Assembly: GCA_016926395.1 (NCBI GenBank)
Contig: JAFGOT010000006.1
Span: 1-63,760, forward strand
Reading direction: 5' to 3'
Source of the DNA: Candidatus Woesearchaeota archaeon
GTDB taxonomy: Archaea; Nanobdellota; Nanobdellia; Woesearchaeales; SKGA01
Length of the DNA: 63,760 nt
Shown: piece by piece, positions 38,165 through 46,237 of the stretch
Position numbering within the stretch: position 1 is the first letter of the stretch
Layout: each line of letters opens with the position of its first letter
The notes under the pieces: generated by a model
The model's database searches: none
Seen by the model: the letters and a program-made list of their open reading frames with translations, nothing else
Told to the model about the DNA's origin: nothing
Made by a program: the position numbers and the translations under genes

Positions 38165-39214
38165 ATGGTAAATTATGAAAAATTATCCGAAGATAAACTA
38201 AAACAAGCTCATGAAAATAACTTTGTAACGCCCACAATGACTCTAGATGATTGGGAACCTGTTAAAGGGTATGACTTTGAAGGCACTTTTGATGCAACAA
38301 AATTCTTTGAAAGTTTTTTAACAACTGGTTTTCAAGCAACCGATCTTGGACGTGCAATTCAAATACTAAAAGAGATGAAAGAAAATAATGTAAAAATCTT
38401 TTTCGGTTTTACTTCAAATATGGCGAGCTGTGGTGTAAGAGATATAATAACCTATCTTTGTAAACATAAACTAATTGATATTATTGTAACTACAATTGGT
38501 GGTGTTGAAGAAGATATAATAAAAACTTTGAAACCATTTGTTCTTGGAAGTTATGAAACACCTGGTAAGTTTTTGCGTGATAGAGGGATAAATAGAACGG
38601 GTAACATTTTTATTCCAAATGATAGATATCTTTATTTTGAAAGATTCATGAATCCTTTTCTTGAACGAATATATCAAGATTACCAAATAAAACAAAGCAG
38701 AATAATCACAACTAGGGAATTTTGTTATGAGATAGGTAAAGAAACAAATAATGAAGAATCATTTATGTATTGGGCTTACAAAAATGACATCCCTGTGTTT
38801 TGCCCTGCACCAACAGATGGTTCAATTGGAGATATGATATGTTTCTTTAAGTATAGACATAAAGATTTCAAAATGGACTTGACAGATGATATTGTTGACT
38901 TAACAAATATGGCATTGAATGCTGAAAAAACAGGGATAATTTCCATAGGTGGCAGTGTTCCAAAGCATCACATTGCAAATGCTAATTTGTTTAGAGACGG
39001 AGCAGATTATGCAATATACTTGACCACTGCGGCAGAATATGAGGGTTCGAATGCAGGAGCTAATATTGAAGAAGCTATAAGTTGGGGAAAAGTAAAAGAC
39101 ACTGCCAAAAGAGTTAAAGTGGTGGGGGATGCAAGTATCACTTTTCCACTGTTAATTGCTGGAGCTCTAAAATTAGATGTTGACTTAGAAAAAGAAGAAA
39201 AAACGATGCGTTAG
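38165..39214 (+). CDS. dys: deoxyhypusine synthase
   Basis: 349 aa. Conserved segments FFGFTSNM.S.G.R, TTIGGVEEDIIK, ISIGGSVPKHH and EAISWGK. Confidence 0.9.
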   Translation: MVNYEKLSEDKLKQAHENNFVTPTMTLDDWEPVKGYDFEGTFDATKFFESFLTTGFQATDLGRAIQILKEMKENNVKIFFGFTSNMASCGVRDIITYLCKHKLIDIIVTTIGGVEEDIIKTLKPFVLGSYETPGKFLRDRGINRTGNIFIPNDRYLYFERFMNPFLERIYQDYQIKQSRIITTREFCYEIGKETNNEESFMYWAYKNDIPVFCPAPTDGSIGDMICFFKYRHKDFKMDLTDDIVDLTNMALNAEKTGIISIGGSVPKHHIANANLFRDGADYAIYLTTAAEYEGSNAGANIEEAISWGKVKDTAKRVKVVGDASITFPLLIAGALKLDVDLEKEEKTMR

Positions 39215-39299
39215 TGCGTTAATCAGCCTTTTTTTTCGAAACATTATTAAATGAAAAGCGCCAGTTTCTTTTATAAAGAACCTATAAGGTGGTGTAATA

Positions 39300-39569
39300 A
39301 TGGTCCAAAAAAGAAAACCCTGTGCTTGGTTGAGAGGATTATTCTCTTCAAAAAAGAAATCTTCTTCTGAATCAACTGTAATTAAATCTACTAGCATTAC
39401 TAAAACTGTCGCTGAGCCAAAACCAGTGGTTGCAAAGAAGAAAACTGCTAAAAAAGCTCCAGCTAAGAAGTCTGCTAAAAAGGCTCCAGCTAAAAAAGCA
39501 GCTAAGAAACCAGTTAAAAAAGTAGCTAAACGAACTACTAAAAAAACAGCTAAAAGAGCTAAAAAATAA
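39300..39569 (+). CDS. histone-H1/AlgP-like Lys/Ala-rich basic protein
   Basis: 89 aa. The C-terminal two thirds consists of AKK/PAKK repeats (KKTAKKAPAKKSAKKAPAKKAAKKPVKKVAKRTTKKTAKRAKK). At DNA level there is a 27-nt tandem duplication at 39448-39501. Confidence 0.5.
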   Translation: MVQKRKPCAWLRGLFSSKKKSSSESTVIKSTSITKTVAEPKPVVAKKKTAKKAPAKKSAKKAPAKKAAKKPVKKVAKRTTKKTAKRAKK

Positions 39570-39623
39570 GTTTACAGCTTTTTCTGTTTTATTTTTGTTT
39601 TTGATTCTATTTTCTAAAGATAA

Positions 39624-39632
39624 CTTTATAAG
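39624..39632 (+). promoter_or_regulatory. TATA box for leaderless gatDE mRNA
   Basis: CTTTATAAG centred about 27 nt upstream of the gatD ATG at 39655. Confidence 0.4.
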
Positions 39633-39654
39633 CCATTAGTCTTTTTTCTGATAT

Positions 39655-40956
39655 ATGGATATCGATAAAATACCCCCTCTAACACACGTAAAAGTAAAAG
39701 TTAATGGGACTGAGTTCAAGGGTAAATTATTACCTAAAGAAGGAGAGTCATACGTTCTAAAATTAGATTCAGGATATAATGTTGGAATTTTTCCAAAAAA
39801 TATAGAATCTGTTGAAGAATTAGAGGAAGAACAAACTTTACAAGAACAACAAAATAGTGATTCGATAATCCAAAATGAAGACTTGCCAAAGATTAAAATC
39901 TTACACACTGGAGGAACGATAGCTTCCAAAGTTGATTATAAAACAGGTGGAGTAATTGCTGACTTTACACCAGAAGCATTAATTGGGATGTTTCCAGAGT
40001 TAACTGAAATAGCTAATATTGAGAGCCAATTTATGGGAAATATGTGGAGTGATGATTTTAGATTTGCACACTTTAACCAATTGGCATCTGCAGTTCTAGA
40101 CGGAGTAAATTCTGGAATAAATAAATTTATTGTAACAAGTGGAACTGATTTTCTTCATTATTTAAGTAGTGCATTATCCTTTGTCTTAAAAGATGTTCCT
40201 GCGAGTGTTGCAGTAGTTGGTGCTCAAAGAAGTAGTGATCGTGGAAGTAGTGATGCTGGAATGAACTTAATTGGAGCTGCAGTTTATTTATCAAAAACAA
40301 ATTTTCAAGGAGTGGTAACTTGTATGCATGCAAGTGTTGAAGATACTACTTGTAATATTATTCATGGAACACATGCAAGAAAAATGCATTCGACAAGAAG
40401 GGATGCGTTTCAAAGTATAAACACCCCAATAATTGCAACTGTTGATTATGAAAAAAGAACGGTTAAACAAATAGAAATAATGAATGAAATAAAAAGTGAA
40501 ATTCCTTCACGATTACCTTTATTTAAAGAAGACTTGAAAGTTGGTTTATTATATTCAAAACCAAATCTTTATGCTCAAGAAATTTTAGCATACCAAAATT
40601 TTGATGGTTTAATTTTAGCAGGTTCAGGTCTTGGTCATTTTCCAATATCAAAACCAAATGATGATTGTTCTGAACATGAGAAAATAAAATCCGCAATTAG
40701 TGAATTAGCAAAAAGTATTCCTGTGGCAATGAGTGTTCAAACAATTAACGGGCGAGTTCATATGAATGTTTATTCGCCGGGACGAGAACTACAAGAAATG
40801 GGCGTTATAGGTCATGGATCCGTGATGACTCCTGAAACAAGTTATATAAAATTGTCTTGGCTTCTAAGTAATTATTCAAAAGAAGAAGTTAAAGAATTTT
40901 ACACAAAAGATGTTGTTGGAGAACTAAATAGTAATGAACCAAACAAGCTTCTATAA
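39655..40956 (+). CDS. gatD: Glu-tRNA(Gln) amidotransferase subunit D
   Basis: 433 aa. N-terminal beta domain, then an asparaginase-like domain with ILHTGGTIAS and TSGTD motifs. Followed by gatE. Confidence 0.95.
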   Translation: MDIDKIPPLTHVKVKVNGTEFKGKLLPKEGESYVLKLDSGYNVGIFPKNIESVEELEEEQTLQEQQNSDSIIQNEDLPKIKILHTGGTIASKVDYKTGGVIADFTPEALIGMFPELTEIANIESQFMGNMWSDDFRFAHFNQLASAVLDGVNSGINKFIVTSGTDFLHYLSSALSFVLKDVPASVAVVGAQRSSDRGSSDAGMNLIGAAVYLSKTNFQGVVTCMHASVEDTTCNIIHGTHARKMHSTRRDAFQSINTPIIATVDYEKRTVKQIEIMNEIKSEIPSRLPLFKEDLKVGLLYSKPNLYAQEILAYQNFDGLILAGSGLGHFPISKPNDDCSEHEKIKSAISELAKSIPVAMSVQTINGRVHMNVYSPGRELQEMGVIGHGSVMTPETSYIKLSWLLSNYSKEEVKEFYTKDVVGELNSNEPNKLL

Positions 40957-40964
40957 AGATAAAA

Positions 40965-42830
40965 ATGAATATTCCAAAATTAAAAACAGAAATAACTGAC
41001 GCAGATGTGAATGAATTAAAACTAACTTGTGGGTTAGAAATTCATCAACAACTTGAAGGAAAAAAATTATTTTGTAATTGTCCCACTACTATAAGAGATG
41101 ACAAAGAAGATTTTTTAATAAAACGATATTTACGAGCAAGTGCTGGAGAAGGTGGAAAGATAGATGCTGCTGCACTGGCAGAAATAAAAAAACAAAAACA
41201 CTTTTTTTATGAAGGATACAAAGACACAACTTGTCTTGTTGAATTAGATGAAGAACCACCTGGTCCAGTAAATAATGATGCTTTGAATGCTGCTTTACAA
41301 GTATCAAAATTTATTGGCGCAAATATAATTGATGAAATTCGTTTTATGCGAAAGACTGTTGTTGATGGTTCTAACACTGGAGGATTTCAACGAACTGGCC
41401 TTGTATCTGTAGGTGGACAACTGCAAACTGAACTCAGAACTCAGAACTCAGAACGTAGCTTACTTGTAGGTGTTGAAAGTGTTTGTATTGAAGAGGATTC
41501 TTGTAAAAAAATAGAAACAAAAAGTGAATCTGAAAAATATAATTTATCTCGTTTAGGAATTCCATTAATAGAACTTGCCACAGCTCCTGATATTCATCAT
41601 CCTGACGATGTTGAGCTAGTGGCGGGGCATATTGGAATGATTATGAGGAGTCTTGACAATGTTAAACGTGGTCTTGGAACAATAAGACAAGATGTTAATG
41701 TTTCAATACTAGATGGGCTTAGAGTAGAAATAAAAGGCGCGCAAGATCTTAAGATGCTTGGAACTCTAGCAAGAAATGAAATGCTTCGACAACATAATTT
41801 ATTATTAATATTTGAAGAACTAAAAAACAGAGGAGCAAGTGTTGGAGAAGATCTGATTAATGTAACTGATATTTTTGTAACTTCACAATCAAAAGTTATT
41901 CAAGGAGCACTATCTAAAAAATCAGGAATTGTTTTAGCACTGCCTTTATACAAATTTAAAGGAATAACCTCGCTTGTTATTCAAACAGGACGAAGATATG
42001 GATCTGAGCTTTCTGACTATGCAAAAATGATGGGTGTGAAAGGTTTATTTCACGCTGATGAACTTCCCAATTATGGATTAACAGAAGAAGATAAACAATC
42101 AGTTTACCAAAAACTAAATCTGAATCCTGATATTGATAATTTCTTATTGATTGCCGACGATGAAATACTTGCAAGAAGAGCTTTAATTGCAGCAAAAGAA
42201 AGAGTGAGTTCTTTTGAACTAAAAAAAGAAGTGAGAGTTGCGCGTCCCGATGGTAGTTCTAGTTATATGCGGCCAATGCCTGGTGCTGCAAGAATGTATC
42301 CCGAGACAGATGTCAAACCAATAAAAATTGATAAAGAAAAAATCAAACCAATAAAATTATTGAGTGAAAAAATAACTGAATTGTCAAATGAATTCGGGAT
42401 TGCGGAAGATATTGCTAAACGTTTAATTAGAGATGGAATAAATTTATTTGACTTAACGAATAAATATCCTAATTTGAAACCTGCATCAATGATTGATGTT
42501 TATTATTCAACTCCGAGTTTAATGAAAAAACAATTTGGCTTAGAAGTTGATATTATTCCTTTTGCAGAAAAGTTATTTGAAAAGTTGAATTCTAATTTAA
42601 TAACAAAAGAATCTATTCTTGAAATATTATTAAAATTAGTTAAAGGAGAACAAATAAATTATTCACATTACAAACCGCTCAACATTGAAGATATTAAAGA
42701 CGATGTTAGAAAAATTGTGGAAGAAAACAAAGACGCTCCACGTGGCGCTATAATTGGAAAGGTTATGGCATCGTATAAAGGAAAAGTTGATGGAAAAGAA
42801 TTGTCCGAACTGATAAACAGTTTTTTTTAA
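40965..42830 (+). CDS. gatE: Glu-tRNA(Gln) amidotransferase subunit E
   Basis: 621 aa. GLEIHQQL, KLFCNC, GFQRT and RQDVNVS motifs of the GatB/E family. The archaea-specific size and the pairing with gatD support the call. Confidence 0.95.
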   Translation: MNIPKLKTEITDADVNELKLTCGLEIHQQLEGKKLFCNCPTTIRDDKEDFLIKRYLRASAGEGGKIDAAALAEIKKQKHFFYEGYKDTTCLVELDEEPPGPVNNDALNAALQVSKFIGANIIDEIRFMRKTVVDGSNTGGFQRTGLVSVGGQLQTELRTQNSERSLLVGVESVCIEEDSCKKIETKSESEKYNLSRLGIPLIELATAPDIHHPDDVELVAGHIGMIMRSLDNVKRGLGTIRQDVNVSILDGLRVEIKGAQDLKMLGTLARNEMLRQHNLLLIFEELKNRGASVGEDLINVTDIFVTSQSKVIQGALSKKSGIVLALPLYKFKGITSLVIQTGRRYGSELSDYAKMMGVKGLFHADELPNYGLTEEDKQSVYQKLNLNPDIDNFLLIADDEILARRALIAAKERVSSFELKKEVRVARPDGSSSYMRPMPGAARMYPETDVKPIKIDKEKIKPIKLLSEKITELSNEFGIAEDIAKRLIRDGINLFDLTNKYPNLKPASMIDVYYSTPSLMKKQFGLEVDIIPFAEKLFEKLNSNLITKESILEILLKLVKGEQINYSHYKPLNIEDIKDDVRKIVEENKDAPRGAIIGKVMASYKGKVDGKELSELINSFF

Positions 42831-42849
42831 TTTAATTTTTTTTAATTCT

Positions 42850-43884
42850 TTATTTATTATTAGAACTAATTGTTTCTTTTTTGATGCTTTTATCGTATGC
42901 TTTTTTGAAATTAATTCCATGTGTTAATAAAAACGTAACTCCAATTAATGTCCATAATAAATCTCTTGCACGGATGATTGTTGCCAGACCTACAGCAGAC
43001 GCAGAGCTTAATTTAAGAAGAGAAAATATTGATATTTGACCTGCTTCTAAAACACCTAATGCTAATGGAACTGGAATTAAGTATGCAGTCCCCATCATTG
43101 TTATTATTAAGAAAAGACCTGCGAATGAAACGTTTTGGATACCCACTATCATTAAAGCAAACTGGTATTCTAAGAACATTAAAAGCCAAGTGATTGAACT
43201 AAGAATCATAACTTTGTTGAAACTTTTTTTGTGATGTTTATAGAAACTAATGAGCAAGACATCCATTTCAATTATATCTTTCTCAAATTTTTTTAATTTT
43301 TTAATTCTATCAAATCTTAATAACTTAAATATTTTCTGAAGAACATTTTTATCACCTATAAGCATTAAATAAAACCAGATGATTAATGCAATAATAACAA
43401 TTATAAAAACCATTAATAACACTTCTGCTTTTTCAGGAAGAGCAAATGTTGTTATTGCAACAAGAATTCCAATAATAAATAAAAAACCACTAGTTGTTAG
43501 ATCGACTATTTTATCAATTGCAATTGTTGAAAGACCTTCTTTAAAACTAAAACCTTCTTTTTGTAAAAGCATTGCTCTAAGAGGTTCGCCGCCTGCCTTT
43601 GCAACGGGAGTAATAAAACTTATTCCATATCCTACTATTTTGTATTGAAGAAGATTTAATATTGGAACTCTTTTTTTAGTGTCTGTAATGATTTGCCAAC
43701 GCCAAGTAAAAAGAAACATCATTGTTATGGAAACTAATAGAAAACCAATGATTGCTAAAGGGGTTGCGCTTTGAAAAGCTTGTTTTACTTCATTAAATGG
43801 TATTTGTTTAAGAATTGCTAAAATCATAACAATGCCTAATATTATTGAAATGATGATGAGTGTATACTTGCTGAATTTTTTCAT
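42850..43884 (-). CDS. flippase-like / lysylphosphatidylglycerol-synthase-TM-region family membrane protein
   Basis: 344 aa, about 8 TM helices. The N-terminal pattern (K..L.III...LGIVMI..IL........V...F....P..I....L.S........TWRWQ.I) resembles the LPG_synthase_TM/UPF0104 family. Confidence 0.5.
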   Translation of the reverse strand: MKKFSKYTLIIISIILGIVMILAILKQIPFNEVKQAFQSATPLAIIGFLLVSITMMFLFTWRWQIITDTKKRVPILNLLQYKIVGYGISFITPVAKAGGEPLRAMLLQKEGFSFKEGLSTIAIDKIVDLTTSGFLFIIGILVAITTFALPEKAEVLLMVFIIVIIALIIWFYLMLIGDKNVLQKIFKLLRFDRIKKLKKFEKDIIEMDVLLISFYKHHKKSFNKVMILSSITWLLMFLEYQFALMIVGIQNVSFAGLFLIITMMGTAYLIPVPLALGVLEAGQISIFSLLKLSSASAVGLATIIRARDLLWTLIGVTFLLTHGINFKKAYDKSIKKETISSNNK

Positions 43885-44011
43885 TATTTTCTGTGACTCT
43901 TTATTTGTTATTTTTATTTGAGGTCTTTTTATTTATAAGTATTTGTGATATTTGTTAGGATAATTCGATGAAGTGAAAAAATGACTATTCGAATCCTTTT
44001 TTTTGTTTAAG

Positions 44012-44086
44012 CGAGCTTGAGGGGATTCGAACCCCCGATTTACGCCTTAGGAGGGCGTTGTCCTATCCAGACTAGACGACAAGCTC
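44012..44086 (-). tRNA. tRNA-Arg (anticodon CCU)
   Basis: The reverse complement is GAGCUUG-UC-GUCU..GGAC-A-ACGCC-CUCCUAA-GGCGU-AAAUC-GGGGG-UUCGAAU-CCCCU-CAAGCUC-G. This is a canonical cloverleaf. No CCA is encoded. Confidence 0.9.
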
Positions 44087-44201
44087 AATATTTTATTATG
44101 GAAAAAAGGAGACTTTATAAGTTCTACATTTAATGTTAACTTAGACAATCGTTAAGTTTATAAATTAAAAATAGTAAAAAAGTTTCAAGGTGGGTCTGCT
44201 A

Positions 44202-45971
44202 ATGGATCATTTTTCAAAAAGATTATTTGTTATAAGTTTATTGCTCTTATTATTCTCTTTAACTCTAGTTTCTGCTGTAAGTGCAGAAACACACATAGTG
44301 GTTAACTCAAAAGACTGGCGTTCAGTTTATTTATTAACAATTTATGGTAAATATACGGATGCGGATGTGGTTTTTTTCAAGAATTTAGCTGATGCTCAAT
44401 TAAAGACAAAGATGATTGGCGTTGATGAAAAAATAATTGTGTTTGAATCAACTTCCGATCCAGTAATTAAAAAATATTCTTCTTTACTAAAAGTTAATGG
44501 GTATGTTGATTATACCTCTTTCACATTTGATAGTTACTTGGATTTACAGGATTATTTATTGGGTGAAATAAAACCTGATGGTTATTTTATGATGGATTCT
44601 AATTATGGCCTTGACCCTATTGCAGCAACTACCTTTATTTTAGCAAATAATTATTTTCCATTATTTGTAAATCAAGACAATGTCGATGAACTATCAAAGT
44701 TATCTCAAAAAAAACCAACCTATATAGTTGGAAGAACGCCTGTAAGAATTTTAGATAAATTACAAGGAACTAAGATACAAGGATTTCCTTATGAAACTTT
44801 ACAAGCATCAACAAAACTTTCTATTGATGCGGTAAATTCTGACTGGGGAATTATAATGCGAGCAGATACTGTTGATGTAAAATTGCTTGTAAAAGGATTA
44901 CCTATATTTGTTTATCATGCCGACGAATACATTGATGAAGTAGCTCAAACTGTAAAAGAAAGTAATGTTAGTAAATTTGAAGTGGTTGGTGCGGGAACTG
45001 CAGAAATAGCTAAAGCAATCGAATTGCAATCACAAAAAAATCTAAACTTCATGCTTAAATATGGACGAAAAATAACAAATTATCCTGGATTAGAAAATGA
45101 CATATTAGATATTGACTCCGTGAGTTTTGACTATCCTATCGAATCTTTGGAAATTGTAGATGTTGTTCACTATCCTGAACTTGGGGTGCTTGCACTAACA
45201 TTTGAAAATACTGGAAACACTCCTGTTTTATTCTTCTCAAATGTGGAGTTTGCAAACGAACCTCTATCTGATGAAAATACTCATTCAATAGGTGTGGGTG
45301 AACGAAAAACCATTCCATTTTTACTATCTTCAAAAGGCTTATCTGGTGATGTTGTTAGAGTAACAACAAGATATGGTTCTTCATTGCCTTTGAAATTTTC
45401 TATCTCTGGAGACCCTGGAAATTTATTCTTTGAGTCTGATGTAAAAACTAGTTATTTATCACAAGGACAGTATCAATTAGATTTAATTTCATCTGGTTTT
45501 GATACGGAAAAAGGATTGTTAGAGGTAGTTTTCAAAAACCCTTATGATGAATCTCTAAAAGTCTTTTCTGAGCTTTTAATTGGCGATACTGATGTTGCTT
45601 CATCAAAGATGGTTGAAATAGATCCAAATGGAAAAAGAACATTATTTATTGAAGTTCCATATTTGCGAGATTCTGAAATATTAGATAAAAATTTTAATTT
45701 GATAACTTATCTTGGAACAGATGATACTACTAGTAAAATGCTTAATAGTTTGTTAATTGAAAAGAAAAAAGAAGTTAATCCAAAAATATTTGTGATTATA
45801 ATCGTTGTAATTGCAGCACTAGCAATATTGTTTTTGTTGTTTGCAATGAAAAAAGATGGTGATGGACGACAAAGATCTACTGTTAGCGTAAAACAATCAG
45901 TTAAATCAACAAGTAAAACCTCTTCAAAGAAAACTTCAAAAACAAAGTCTAGAAAATCACATACTAAATAG
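44202..45971 (+). CDS. cell-surface protein with signal peptide, C-terminal TM anchor and Ser/Lys-rich tail
   Basis: The ATG at 44202 lies 8 nt after AAGGTGG; the track's GTG at 44190 overlaps that Shine-Dalgarno-like sequence. Signal peptide LLLLLFSLTLVSAVSA. C-terminal TM helix IFVIIIVVIAALAILFLLFAM, then KQSVKSTSKTSSKKTSKTKSRKSHTK. Confidence 0.6.
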   Translation: MDHFSKRLFVISLLLLLFSLTLVSAVSAETHIVVNSKDWRSVYLLTIYGKYTDADVVFFKNLADAQLKTKMIGVDEKIIVFESTSDPVIKKYSSLLKVNGYVDYTSFTFDSYLDLQDYLLGEIKPDGYFMMDSNYGLDPIAATTFILANNYFPLFVNQDNVDELSKLSQKKPTYIVGRTPVRILDKLQGTKIQGFPYETLQASTKLSIDAVNSDWGIIMRADTVDVKLLVKGLPIFVYHADEYIDEVAQTVKESNVSKFEVVGAGTAEIAKAIELQSQKNLNFMLKYGRKITNYPGLENDILDIDSVSFDYPIESLEIVDVVHYPELGVLALTFENTGNTPVLFFSNVEFANEPLSDENTHSIGVGERKTIPFLLSSKGLSGDVVRVTTRYGSSLPLKFSISGDPGNLFFESDVKTSYLSQGQYQLDLISSGFDTEKGLLEVVFKNPYDESLKVFSELLIGDTDVASSKMVEIDPNGKRTLFIEVPYLRDSEILDKNFNLITYLGTDDTTSKMLNSLLIEKKKEVNPKIFVIIIVVIAALAILFLLFAMKKDGDGRQRSTVSVKQSVKSTSKTSSKKTSKTKSRKSHTK

Positions 45972-46057
45972 ACATTTTTTTTATTTCTTTTTCTATAATT
46001 TTTTTTAGTTATTGGGGAGTGAGAAATCACTTATTTCTTTTGTGAAAAAACGTTACG

Positions 46058-46066
46058 TTTATAAAT
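46058..46066 (+). promoter_or_regulatory. TATA-box-like element upstream of the giant ORF
   Basis: TTTATAAAT is the only good TATA match between 45972 and 46238. It implies a leader of about 150 nt. Confidence 0.3.
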
Positions 46067-46237
46067 GATAACTTCTCTTTTTTGTAATAGAAATACGTGG
46101 TGGGACAAAAGCACGGAGAACAATTTTGAGCGTGGTGGCTTGGAACTAATTCTCTTGATTTTTGCACGTTTTCTAAATTAGGGACACAGTAGTCTTAAAC
46201 GTAGAAACCGAGGTGGGCAACCATTCAAAAGGGTAGT

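Noticed and set aside
43885-44190. Searched around both tRNA genes (also 16040-16335) for integrase genes, direct repeats of tRNA 3' ends, or inverted repeats indicating an integrated element
   Set aside because: I found no integrase or transposase ORF and no duplicated tRNA fragment by eye. The island idea is kept only as a low-confidence inference in the findings.
45707-46030. 107-aa minus-strand ORF overlapping the 3' end of the surface-protein gene
   Set aside because: It is antisense to the TM-anchor and basic-tail coding region of a better-supported gene. Its composition is a mirror-image artefact.
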